The notes below the pieces were generated by a model. That model had not been told where the DNA came from. It did not search any database and was given only the letters and a program-made list of their open reading frames with translations. The position numbers and the translations under genes are program-made. A stretch of DNA of 64,000 nt, from assembly GCA_043228905.1 (NCBI GenBank), contig JBHGNT010000017.1:6572001-6636000 (forward strand), read 5' to 3'. Origin of the DNA: Azolla caroliniana. Lineage: Eukaryota > Plantae > Polypodiophyta. This document shows positions 10,931 to 24,344 of the stretch, piece by piece. Position 1 is the first letter of the stretch. Each line of letters opens with the position of its first letter.

Positions 10931-12258
10931 CAATGGTACTCCTTTGGATGTGCTTGGTCCTTGACTGGTAGGCGACATTCTTCGCAAGGTGTATGACACT
11001 CTGATTATCACAGTAGAGTTGGAATTCCTTTTGCCAAATTCTCAACTCCCCAATAAACTCCTTCATTCATATTATTTCCTTGCCAGCTTCCGCCATCGTG
11101 AAAATCCGTCACTATGTGCGGATCGTGAGGTGGAACCACCAGGTTTATGGACGGGAAGGAAATAAGGCTCACACACAACACAAGGAAGTTTTACACAAAC
11201 AAGGCACGAGTATTTGAACACGTGTGTGAAAAGGAGAGGTGCATGGGCAAGCCTGAATCAACCCCTGGTCACAAGGCGAATGAATGCATGTGAGAAAGGC
11301 TTACACACGGACACACAGGGATAGGCTTACTTACACACACGAGAGACAAAGTTTCGAACGCGTTTGTGAAAAGGAGAGGTGCATGGGCAAACCCGAATCA
11401 ACCCCTAGTCACAAGGCGAACACATGCACGTGAGAAAGGCTTACACATAGACACTCAAGGAAAAGGCTTACTTACACACATGAGAGACAAAGTTTCGAAT
11501 GCCTTTGTGAAAAGAGAGGTGCATGGACAAGCCCGAACACTCCCTTGTTACAAGACACACGAACACACAAGCAAGGTTTACACACGGTGTCGTGGTGTAC
11601 TTTCTACACCACGTAAAATATGTGTGGAGTACCCGATTGACTAAGTATAAGGAAATAGGAGAAATACTACAATAATTATGTTACATGCATAGGGCAGGAT
11701 TTCAACCTTGTACCTCCATCTTAACGATTATAAGCCTTACCACTGTACTAGCATATTATGAGTTTTAAAGATCCCATGTAAATATTCTAGATAAGCATGA
11801 TAGAAAAAGTTATTCATGCATACACACTCGAGTTAAAAGAAAAGATGTGATAGAAAGCCAATCATGCACATGTAGTGTGCATGAAAACTAAAGTTAGAAA
11901 AAGCATGATGCTTGCATGTGATAAACTTAGACTCTTCCATCACTATATAAGGAAGAGAGAAAGATGTATAGGGGTTGTTGATTTTTTATAAGGTTTGATT
12001 AATATAAAATATTCGTGGGATTCACGATTTTGCCATCTATTTCTCTCTTACAATCTAAGTATCAATTAATACACTATACTCGTGGGATTCACGAGTTTCA
12101 TATCTTGATCTTGCAATCTATTCATAAAGAACCTTATCTCATATTCTTCTTTCTCCTAGTCCAAAACCCCAACGGTTCCCACTCGACTCTCACAAACGAC
12201 TCCGAAGCGAAAGGCCCGACACAGTGGTGAAGCCGACGTGAAAACGGGTGGCAAGGAG

Positions 12259-15200
12259 ATGGAAAATCAACAAGAGGCTAACAACATGATGACGATGTTC
12301 GAGCGGATGCTATAAGAACAACACGCGATGTCGGAGATTGCGGCGGCAGTAGAGTGGCTCGTGCAATGTAACGGGCAATTCAACGGGAAGGATGTGTCAC
12401 GATATTTGCGGGTTACAAGGCGGAAATACTATGGTGCGGAATATCGGAAGGATTGCAGGTGACATCCTTCAATTGAGTGGCTATGGACGAACTTCAAGGG
12501 AGTATCCACGGGATACGACAACAAAATCTGACGTGGGAAGCATTTGAAGAAGCGCTAAAGACTACGTTCGCCATCGAGGACTCCTCCAAGGCAATGCGGA
12601 GGGGATTCGAAGATTGGGTGGAAACACCAGACAAGGGGCTGAAGGTCCTCGATGTGTTTTCGGCATTCGAAAGTTGGTTCGGGAGGTTATCCGCGAGAGA
12701 TCAAGCTATCCTCGCACCGGACAAAGTGATCATGTTCTTACGAGCCGTGGATGTCTGGAACCGGAAAGATCTTGGAATGCTTCTAGAGGACACCACTACT
12801 GAGAGTGGCCTCACCAATACATGGGAAAACATGCGGGACATCGTCGCATGATATACAAAGAGGGGGATATGGCTTGGTAGTGAAGAAAAGAGGGTTTCAG
12901 AACCAATTCCGAAACCAAGATTCGGATTGGAAGACCATCAAATGTGGGCTCGAGAGACTACGACCGAGAAGGGAATCGATGTAACCATGGTGGAGCAGTT
13001 GCTGAAGGAGATGGAGAATTTGAAAATCGCGATGGTGAGGAAGTCGGATGACCGTCCCAAAAGTTCCAAGTCGATGCATATGGTGCGATAGCACCGAACA
13101 TGATCGGAGGGATAGTGATGAGCACAAGGAGGCGCTACGACGGGATCTTATCTACTACGAGGGAAATCAGATTCATTCGATGGAATCTCGAAAGCCACTC
13201 CGACCGAACTTCCGAAAAGGCAGCATGAAGAAGGTCCTAGAGGAGGAAATAGCGGTGAAAAGCAATTATGTGACAACCGTGGGGATATATGTAGGTGAGT
13301 CCTCTGGAGCAAAGGCATCTTTTTGGCCGGAAGTGCTAGAAAACCCCGAGAAAACTGACTCTAATGAGATCCAAAGCACCACAGAAGGCATTCGAGAAGC
13401 TACGGGATGGGAATGCCCCGTCGATAAGAATAGCGTGTACGCCCTATGCCAATTACATGAGGTGTATGTAGATGAGAAACGACGGCGCACGGATGATGCG
13501 GCCGGACCATCAAAGACTCCGGAGAGTTGGAACTCCGAAGGGAAGGGGAAAGGAAAAACAATTCCGGCATTCAAACTCGCTTCGGACATCGAGCAACAGA
13601 CGGACTTAAAAAAAGTGTTTGAGGAGAGAATCCTCGATAGCCGGGTAGTTTTTTCGCTTCGAACTCGGGAATTTCTTCGTGCAAGATGAGGTGTCACACT
13701 CCGTGATCCTCGGGCAACCCTTTATCACGGCTTCACGGATGGAGACAAAGGTGCTCGATAGCGGAGCGGCTTTTGCACGAATTCAAGGCCAAAGCGGGGG
13801 GAAAATTGTCCAATTCTTAATCGTGCCATCAAATCACGAAAGAAACAAGAGAGAGCTCTTGTCCCAAACAAAAATGGAATTTTAAAGCGGACTGTTGCGG
13901 AGTGGGGAAGTAATAGTCCGAGAAGCCCTGATACCCCACACAGGAAGAAAACCCTCGGAGCAAAACAAGTACGAATCGGTACGGACGGGGCATCTACGTA
14001 CACAGCCGTAACCGGAGTAATGAAGGAAGAATTCCGAAAGGTGCAAGATGAGTTACGGTCTGCATCAATAATAAAAGAAGATGAAGAAATCGTGAGAGTA
14101 GTCGAAGAAGTGTTCTATGGGAGCACACTACAATGGCTTGAAGAGCTTGCAGAAGAGAATAGCCAGGGAAACCGGGTAGTTCTGGTGGAATCGGTCGAGA
14201 TGTACGAGATCATTGTGAAAATGAGGCCGGATGTGCTCCGCAAAGAAGAAGCAATGGTATGTATGAAATATAAGACCCTGGAAAAGAAGGTGAAACCGGT
14301 CGTGGGATCGCTACCCGCCGATAGCGAACAAAAGAGGAAAGAAGTCTTGGGAGATCCGACACTTCGGAACTCCGTGGATATCGGACATGCCTTCACGGAT
14401 GAGACCGGGAAAAAACTTCGGATTGGTGGAGGTGGTTTCTTCTAACAAAATGAAGAAGAACGGTTTCGTGAGATGTTGGAGCAGCATGGACGAGCATTTG
14501 CATTCACATCGAGAGAGATAGGGTGCGCTGATCTGAAGATAGTGGAGTGGATGGTGATCTTCACGATTGATTATGTGCCGTGGAACCTGAAGCTGATTTC
14601 GGTGTCACAGGCGCATATTCCGAAAATCATTGATTTGCTCAAGGAGCAGGTGGCGATGGGGATTCTAGAGCCATCAAACGCTCCGTACTCAAATCGATGG
14701 TTTACGGTTCCGAAGAAGAATGGGTCACTTTGTTTTATCCAAGATTTACAACCGGTGAACAAGGTGACGATCTGGAACTCCGGAGTCAGTCCGATAGTGA
14801 ACGAATTTGCGGAAGCATTTGTCGGTCGCGCGATATACTCCATCAGAGACCTATACTCCGGATATGACCAATTCCAACTACCCATGGAGAGCCGAGACAT
14901 CACTACCATACAGACACTGATAGGATTAGTCCGGATGTGCACGCTACCACAAGGCGCGACGAACTCGGTCGCACATATGATGAATGCGATGAACAAGGTG
15001 CTCCGAGACTGCATTCCAGAGATAACGATGCCGTTCCCACTATGCACACATTGCGGACCCACTCACTTGTTGTGGAAGGGAAAGAAGTTCGAATGGAAAC
15101 CGGAACATACGAAAGCTGTGAAGAAGCTCAGGAAATCATTGCGGAGGGAAGAAGCACTTAAGAAGCCGAACTATGAGCGACCAATTATAGTAACAGTTGA

Positions 15201-16586
15201 TACAAGTCCAACCGGGATCGGATGGGTCATCAATCAAGTTGATTCGGATGGTTCACGATATCCGATCCGATTCGGAGCAAAGGTTCTCAAGGAAAGGCAA
15301 TGCGGATATGCAGAAGTTAAAAGAGAATTATGGGGAGTCGTGTCGGCAATAAAATCAGATCGAGATTACTTGATCGGATCCGAAGTAGTTATCGAAACGG
15401 ATTGTCTTCCGATACTCGAGATCATGCGGTGTTGCACAATACCAAATGTGGCTATGCTAAGATGGATTGCATATGTAAAGTCGCTTAATCCGGAGATATG
15501 ACACAGCTCCGGAAAAGACAACACGGTAGCGGATATGCTATCAAGGGCACGGTTCGGAGACGACATAGCCGAATCCGATAATGAAGAAGTTTCTGAAAAC
15601 TAATTTACTTTAGAGCACATATGCGGGGTGAACGTAATCCGAGAATTCTGGGAAGAAGAATACGAGGGAGAAAGCTTGCTGATCGGGAAAGTGCTACAAG
15701 AAATCGAGGAATCATCAGAAAATAAAGAAAAGAGAGCCGAGATGCAAAGTAAGAAGCAGCAAGTCCAGAAGTTTTTCTTGAACAACGGATTAATTTGGAG
15801 GGAGCCGAAAAGACCGGATGGCATACCACTACGAGTAGTTGGAACAAAAGAGCAATAAAACCGGATAATGTCCGAATTTTACGAATCCGATTGGGCTGGA
15901 CATCAGGGAACATGGGAAACATTTGCGAAGATCAAACAAAAATATTGGTGGAAGAATATGTACAAAGATGTAGCGGAGTTCACGGAAAGCTGCAAGAAAT
16001 GTCAAATCTACTCCGGAGTTCGACACTGAGATGAATTACGTCCGACATTCTCACTGACAATCAACTTCAAATGGATGGTCGACATTGTGGCCATGTCAAC
16101 TGGGATTGGACAAAAGAAGTACTTGGTGTTAGCCCGAGAAGATCTAAGAAACCAAGTAGGAGGACGGGCACTACAAAGGAAAACATGTTTTGTAGTATGC
16201 CAATTTCTCTTGGAAGAAGTGTTCTGCAGGTACGGGTGCGTAGGACAAGTGATTGCGGATCAGGGAGAACTTGACTCTGATAAAGCTAGGGAATTCTTCA
16301 TCAGAAATGGAGTACGGTTAACACTAAGCACGACATAAAATCTGGAAGCCAACGGGAAGATCGAACGAGGACATAGTCCAATCGTGAAAGCACTTGCAAA
16401 AGCATGCGACGAAAGGGTGAAGGAATGGCCGTAGATGCTTCCATATGCACTATGGGCGGATCGCACAACGCATAGTTCTGTGATCGGTTATATGCCAGCC
16501 GAACTTATGACCGGACAAGCACCGGTAATACCGACGGAAACCACAATTGCAACATGGACAATGCTACCATAGAAGGAACAAATGAG
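12259..16586 (+). pseudogene. Gypsy gag-PR and RT-RH-INT remnants (the INT C-terminus continues at 22084-22581)
   Basis: ORFs 12477-12851, 13048-13689, 13679-13885, 14020-14445, 14473-15501, 16075-16338 and 22306-22581. Multiple stops and internal deletions. Confidence 0.9.
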
Positions 16587-16758
16587 TCGAATACAAGTGT
16601 ATAATGGACGTATTCACACTATCCCTTTGGGCCATTTGTGTAATTAGCATAAATGGTAGTTGCCCTAAGTCGGTCACTATATATAGTGACCTTGTAACCT
16701 TTTTGTAAGGTTGGGTGTTGTATTATTGCTTTGTGGAATAAGAAGTCTTTTGTGCCTC

Positions 16759-16801
<43 letters not shown>

Positions 16802-19800
16802 GTGCAACGACCTACAATCTATCATACGCAGGTGCAGAAGAAATCGAATGCTTCTTGATCTTCCGCACAGACGACTTTGTCTCTAACATCTGGTATCAGA
16901 GCCTGCACAGTATTCGGTCCTTCAATCCGCTGTCGGCCGTCGTCTCAGCCTGCACAGCATTCGGTTTCCTGCGTCATTCGAAGAAGAGAGAAGAAGAAAA
17001 ACGAGGCTTGCATCTCTTCGCGTTAGATCATCTTCGCTTGGAGTAAGCCAGCCGGTTGTACTCCGTTCCTTGTGATCGCAACGCTCGAGGTGAAATCCCC
17101 TTGTGCAACATTGACACGATCGTGCTCCACTCGGTTAAACGGCATCCGAAAAGGTCATTAAACGCTGCTCGCTGCTCGTTGTAACCACTCGGTGCAGATC
17201 GGTCTCAAGACAACAACCCCAATTCGCGCTTCATCCGGCTGATCGACATTCGGGAGGATCAGTTGGATCTGTCTCTCTCGTCGCTGCAGCCACCCGAAGC
17301 AGAATCGGTCCAGATAATCGGTTTCAATAATCGGTATTCGGCATATATATATCCGAAGCGAACCGGGCTCACTCCGACTCGGCAACATTCGGGAAGACCA
17401 GTCGGTTCTGTCCCTCAAGTTACCGGAGTCAATTCGAGCAAGTTCAACAATACATATATCCGAAGCCGAACCGACTCGGGTTCAAATCCGACTAGAACGA
17501 TATCGGGTGAGCCAACCGGCTGCACTCCAACAAGGTTCGTAGTCAACTCCGAACCGAGCTTCGTCAACAGAAACCAAATTTGATGGCATCAACATCCGGC
17601 TCGTCAGAAATGAGTCTACGAAAGTTCGATGGATCGAACTTCAACTTCTGGAAGGAACAAATGCAGGACTATCTCATAGTCAAGGGGCAAATCGATCCCA
17701 TCGAAAATGAAGAACCTCCAGAAGGATACAAACCAATTGAGTGGCAGAAGCTGGACAGAATCGTCCGCGCCACGATTCGGATGCACCTATCGGAATCGGT
17801 ATACTTTACGGTGCAATCGTGTACGACAACATTCGAACTGTGGAAAACACTGTCGGACACTTACGAAAAGAAGGTCGCCGCAACGAAGATGTTTCTGATC
17901 CGGCGCCTCTACAACTTGCGGATGAAAGAATCCGATTCGGTTCAAGCACACCTCAATGAGTACGAAAGCATAAGCTCCCAAATCTCGTCACAGGGGACGG
18001 CAATCGAGGATGAACTCAGAGCAATGATACTCATGAGCAGCCTTCCCTCATCATGGGAAACTTTCGTCACAACCGTGTGCAACGCGTCAACCACGGCTGT
18101 TAAATACTCCGAAGTCACGAGCGCAATCCTGACCGAAGCAGCTCGGAGAAAGTCTTTCGCCAAAGACTCAACAGACGACGCTTACGTAGTACAAGGTTCG
18201 ACAGACCGATCGAACATACGAGGAAGAGATTCCTCACGGCCGCCGAACAATCAGCGAAGACGGAGCCAGTCACGGGATAACCGAATCTGCAACTATTGCA
18301 AGAAACCCGGACACATCAAAGCCGACTGCCGCGCACTCAAGAACAAGAACAACAAGAAGAGTGGCCGGCATGAGGAGATCAATCACGTCAGCTTCTCAGC
18401 TGATGTGCTACCAGACGACCCGAATATACTATCAATCGAAAATCCAGTCGAATCAGAAGTTCTACTCACGATTGAAGAGTCGAGCACATGGCTCTTAGAT
18501 TCGGGCGCGTCATTTCACGTGACTCCTCATCGATCCCAATTTCGGCAATATACGATCCGTCACTCCGACTCAGTTCGAGTCGGCAACTCACAACACTGTG
18601 ACATCATCGGAATCGGCACAATAGAGCTCAACCTTGCAGGTGGCTCTACACTTGTACTCCACAATGTCCGACATGTACCCGAGCTCTCAAGGCCATTGAT
18701 CTCAGTCGGACAACTAGATGAAGACGGCATTCGTGCCGGTTTTTCTTCGGGAGGGTGGACACTCCACAGGGGGAACCTCCTGCTTGCTAGAGGACCCAAG
18801 ATACACTCCTTGTATCCGTTACATGTTACGCTCAGAGAGGGTAACCTGTTTTTGGTGGATATTCCTGTGTCATCACTATGGCACCGAAGATTAGGACACC
18901 TCAGCAAGGCCGGCATTACGCATCTATCTAGAGCCGGATACATCCCCAAACTCTCCTTCTCCGACCATCAATTCTGCGAGCATTGCCAGTATGGCAAACA
19001 AGCAGCCGCATCACACCCGACATCAGCACCAAGAGAAACGAGACCTCTCGATTTAGTCCATTCGGACGTCTGTGGCCCAATGCCGCATCAGTCTCTAGGC
19101 GGTGCGTCTTACTTCGTCAGTTTTATTGACGATTCGACTCGAAAGGTGTGGGCTTATCCAATTCGCACCAAAGATCGCGTCTTCTCGATCTTCTCCGATT
19201 GGCTCGCTATGGTAGAAAATCAAACCGACTGAAAGCTGAAATGCTTTCGGACAGACAATGGGGGAGAGTTCAAATCCGAAGAATTTGTCAAATTCTGCCG
19301 ACAACGCGGCATCCGACGTGAATTTACGGCACCACACAGTCCGGAGCAAAACGGGATTGCGAACGCATGAATCGGACAATCCAAGAACGGATAGTTTCCA
19401 TGCTCCAACACTCCGGACTGTCGGATGGCTTCTGGGCAGAGGCTCTACTCACGGCAGTACACATAATCAATATGTCACCAAGTAGACCTCTAGGACTTCA
19501 AATTCCTCAGGAACTATGGATCGGCAGTAAGCCGAATTACGACAAGCTGAGGATCTTCGGATGCGAGGCGTACGCCCTTATTCCGAAAGATGATCGCCGA
19601 AAACTTGCACCTCGGTCCAGGAAATGCATTTTCCTTGGATATGGATCCGACGGCGAAATGGGATACCGACTCTGGGACCCCGAACGCAGACAAATCGTTC
19701 GAAGTTCGGACGTTGTGTTCAACGAGTCGGCTATGAATCCATCAGTCGAAAAACCGATCGAAGTCCGAAGGGTAACATTTTCCGATGTGCCGACCCTTCA

Positions 19801-22078
19801 AGAAGGCCCCGCTCTCAACACACGGTCAGCTTCACGGGTAGCTGAACCTTACACTACCGACTCGGACAACCCCGACTCGGCACAGCAGAACAATCCGCTT
19901 TCGGACCATCCGACCTCGATACCCGATGCGACTAGTCCAATCATACCTCGACGATCCGAGAGACTGTCGCAACCTCCGGAGAGGTATTCTCCTGGAATTT
20001 TCTTCACCGACGCCGGCGAACCGACGTCTTACGAAGAAGCATCGACATCTGTCGATTCAGCCACCTGGCATCTGGCGATGGAGTCGGAAATGCACTCTAT
20101 TCGGGCAAACAAGACTTGGGATCTGGTCGAATTACCTAGGAACCGATGTGCTCTTCCTTGCAAGTGGGTTTATCGACTAAAAGAGACGTCTGATTCGACC
20201 ACCCCAAAGTACAAAGCCAGATTAGTTGCGAAGGGCTTCCGACAAGAATATGGCGTCGACTTCGACGAGATTTTTTCACCAGTGGTAAAAATGACAACCC
20301 TTCGTTTCCTACTCGGCGTAGTGGCAGCCGACAACTTGGAGCTGATTCAGCTAGATGTCAAAACAGCCTTCCTCCATGGTGATCTTGATGAGGAAATTTA
20401 TATGGAGCAGCCAAAAGGCTTCGTGGCGACTGGCCAAGAACATCTAGTCTGCCGACTCAGGAAGAGTCTATACGGCCTCAAACAGGCACCACGACAATGG
20501 TACAAGAAGTTCGACGACTTCATCCAATCGATCGGCTTCTCAAAAAGCGATGAGGACCATTGTCTCTTCACCAACACAGCTCAAGATGGATCACCCATCT
20601 TCCTCATCATTTACGTGGACGACATGCTAATTTCTGGACGCCACGCGGGCGAACTTGCCGATCTCATTCGGCAACTGCGGTTGAAGTTTGCCATGAAGGA
20701 CCTCGGTCCGGCACGACACATACTCGGCATGAAGATTAGTCGGCATCGCGATAAACGACATCTTTTTTTGTCTCAGACCGACTATATTCGACGTGTCTTG
20801 GAACGCTTCAACATGCAATCAGCCAAATCTGCTTCAACCCCGCTCCCCATAAATCTTCGGCTCTCTCAGCGAGACTGCCCGACATCCGGTCCGGAGGGGG
20901 AAGACATGAAGTCGGTACCATATGCACCGGCAGTCGGCTCCCTTATGTACCTGATGGTCGCGACACGGCCTGATATTTCTCACGCCGTAGGAGTCGTTAG
21001 CAGATTTATGCACAATCCCGGCCGATCGCATTGGAACGCAGTCAAGCATGTGTTCAGATATCTGGCTGGCACAAAAGACCACGGCATTCTCTTCGGTCCG
21101 AACCGAACCTCAGGCGTAGTCGGTTACACCGACTCGGACTTCGCCGGCTGTATAGACAGTCGGAAATCAACAACCGGATACTGCTTCAAATTCGGCAATG
21201 GAGCAATCTCGTGGAAGTCGAAACTTCAGGAGTGCACAGCGACCTCAACGACCGAAGCAGAATATGTAGCTGCGTCCGACGCAGGAAAAGAAGCTTTGTG
21301 GCTCGGCCGGCTGGCGCACACGTTTCGACAAGTCGACCATGACTCGGCCCCAGTTGTCTATAGCGACAGTCAAGGTGCTGTTGCCTTGTCGAGAAATCCG
21401 GTTCACCACAACGCCTCCAAACATATCGACGTTCGATATCACTTCGTTCGGGACTACGTCATTTCAGGGAAAATCGGTCTAGAGAAAATATCCACAACCG
21501 ACAATGTCGCAGATGGAATGACCAAGTGTCTTTCGGCAGACCGCTTTCGGTTTCTTCGGCATCAGATGGGCGTAACGACAAACCAGTCCGGTTAGAGCCG
21601 GACACAGAGCAGGATGGTTCCCGACAACCGACATCAGTTCCTTAATGATCGGCTTCAACTGTTCCGACCCGACCAGTTCGGTCTTCTGCCTTCAGACCCT
21701 GCCGACTCGAACAAAGCTGATATGTCCGAGAACCTAAGTCTATACCTGTAATCTTAGATAACCCATGTATACGCCCATTACGGGGGAGTGTCGAATACAA
21801 GTGTATAATGGACGTATTCACACTATCCCTTTGGGCCATTTGTGTAATTAGCATAAATGGTAGTTGCCCTAAGTCGGTCACTATATATAGTGACCTTGTA
21901 ACCTTTTTGTAAGGTTGGGTGTTGTATTATTGCTTTGTGGAATAAGAAGTCTTTTGTGCCTCTCACTCTCTCTCTCTCTCTCTCTATCTCTGTGCAACGA
22001 CCTACAATCTATCATACGCAGGTGCAGAAGAAATCGAATGCTTCTTGATCTTCCGCACAGACGACTTTGTCTCTAACA
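16587..22078 (+). mobile_element. Very young full-length Ty1/Copia (Tork-like)
   Basis: LTRs at 16587-16888 and 21789-22078 appear identical apart from (CT)n length and the missing terminal TG. TSD ATGAG at 16582-16586 and 22079-22083, PBS TGGTATCAGAGCC at 16891-16903, PPT CGGGGGAG at 21781-21788. Confidence 0.97.
17583..21595 (+). pseudogene. Copia gag-PR-INT-RT-RNaseH polyprotein with two lesions in the integrase
   Basis: ORFs 17580-19232 and 19367-21595 with CNYCKKPGHIKADC, WLLDSGAS, HSDVCGP, YVDD and YTDSD. In-frame TGA at 19230-19232 and a 1-nt deletion near 19360. Confidence 0.93.
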
Positions 22079-23623
22079 ATGAGCCGGGAAGAACTACTAG
22101 CGGTTCGGATACAACAACTAGAGGGAAGACTGGAAGACATAGCGGATGCAACACGCCGACAACAGGAAGCACGATTCCGGAACAAAAGTCGATTCAACAC
22201 AAAGCATCGACTACGACCACGGAAGATTGAAGAAGGAGATTGGGTGATTGTCTATGACAATAGTTTGGATCATCAACATACAACGATACGGAAGTTCGCT
22301 AAAAGGTGTTCGGGCCATACGAGGTTCGGAAAGTTTTCGACAATGGAACTTACCGACTATGCAAGTTGGATGGAACAGTACTACGGGTGCGTATAGCAAG
22401 GAAACGAGTGAAGATTTTCAAGAAGCGGACTGACGATGAACCTTATGTAAGCTTAGACAAGACCGAAAACGAGGAGCAATCAGACAAAGATTGCGGTGAT
22501 GCGGAAAGCGAAGAAAGTGGACTACAATTGATAATCGACATAAGGGGAGAATTGGAGAGTGCTATGGATGAAGGCGAATAACAAGCATCGGAAACTTTGG
22601 CACATACCGGAGGATGTGCAAGTTCTGAGGGGGTGAGTGCCGTGGTGTACTTTGTACACTACATAAAATATGTGTGGAGTACCCGATTGACTAAGTATAA
22701 AGAAATAGGAGAAATACTACAATAATTATGTTACATTCATAAGGCAAGATTTGAACCCTGTACCTCCATGTTAACGATCTTAAGCCTTACCACTATACTA
22801 GCATATTATGAGTTTTAAAGTTAACTTTATCCCATATAAACCCCTATTCTAGATAAGCATGATAGAAAAAGTTATTCATGCATACACACTCGAGTTAAAA
22901 GAAAAGATGTGATAGAAAGCCAATCATGCACATGTTGTGTGCATGACAACTAAAATGAGAAAAAGCATGATGCTTGCATGTGATAAACTTAGACTCTTCC
23001 ATCACTATATAAGGAAGAGAGAAAGATGTATAGGGGTTGTTGATTTTTTATAAGGGTTGATTAATATAAAATATTCGTGGGATTCACGATTTTGCCATCT
23101 ACATCTCTCTTACAATCTAAGTATCAATTAATACACTATACTCGTGGGATTCACAAGTTTCATATCTTCATCTTGCAATCTATTCATAACGAACCTTATC
23201 TCATATTCTTCTTACTCCCAGTCCAAAACCCCAGCGGTTCCCACCAGACTCACGCAAACGATCCGGAATGAAAGGCCCGACAATGGGAGACACAAATTCG
23301 AATGCCTTTGTGAAAGGAGAGGTGCATGGGCAAGCCCGAATGCTCCCTTGCCACAAGTCGCATGATCACACAAGCAAGATTTACACTAACACGAAAGACA
23401 CGAAAGTTTGAATGCCTTTGTGAAAGGAGAGGTGCATGGGCAAGCCCAAAACGCTCCCTTGTCACAAGACACACATAGATAAGCACAAATGACAATACCA
23501 TATAAGACACGTGAGTTTGAATGCCTTTGTGAAAGGAGAGGTGCATGGGCAAGTCTAAAACGCTGCCTTGTCACAAGACACACAAACAAATAAGCACAAA
23601 TGACAATAACATATAAGACACGT

Positions 23624-24344
23624 TGTCGTAGTGTATTTCGTACACTAAATGAAAAACGTATAAAATAATCGATTGAATAAATATGAAGAAAAAGAAAGAA
23701 ATATCAAAATATATATTGCATGCATAGGGCAAGATTCAAACCTTACCATTACACTAACACAACATGAGTGTTAGAAACGCAGATATCCCACATAGAATGG
23801 TTTTTTCATGCATATTTTCTAGGAAAAAGCTTTATTTAGAAGAAAAATGTATGATAGAAAAAAGCGACACATGCACATTTAGCGTGCATGAACACTATAG
23901 TCAATAAAAACGCATGAGGTTAGAAAACGCATGATCACTTTTAGAAGAAGCATGATAGAGAAAGCATATAGTCTATAGTTAGAGAAAAAGCATGGATTGC
24001 TAAGACTCTCTTATCACTATATAAGGATGTGGAGCGCAATGTAATAAAGAGAGAAAAATAAATAAATAATGGGGTGATTATTAGGGTCTAAATATTGATT
24101 AATATAATGCTCGTGGGATTCACGAGGTTTTTGATTTCTCTTTTCCAATCTATTCCAAAGTATAATTAGGGTTAAATATTAATAAAACTAAAAAAACTAT
24201 ATTTGTGGCATTCACGAATTTCTATTTCTCTTTCTTATAATCTATTTATATTCTTATTAGCCTTAAAACTCTTCTCCTTCTAGTCCAAAACCCCAGCGGT
24301 TCCCACTCGACTCATGCAACGATCTGGCTCCGAAAGGCACGACA
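23624..24344 (+). mobile_element. Solo LTR related to the 11588 Gypsy LTR
   Basis: TGTCGTAG...CACGACA with a perfect 4-bp TSD ACGT (23620-23623, 24345-24348). Shares blocks such as CGTGGGATTCACG and TAGTCCAAAACCCC. Confidence 0.9.

Larger units (their letters stand above)
11588..23282 (+). mobile_element. Ty3/Gypsy (Phygy-like, Trp-primed) with both LTRs, defective, interrupted by the Copia at 16587-22078
   Basis: LTRs at 11588-12221 and 22638-23282, PBS TGGTGAAGCCGACGTGA at 12225-12241, PPT GAGGGGGTGAG at 22627-22637, TSD ACGG/ATGG. Gag, PR (VILGQPF), RT (LPQGATNS, with the DD motif deleted), RNaseH and INT, which resumes at 22084. Confidence 0.93.
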
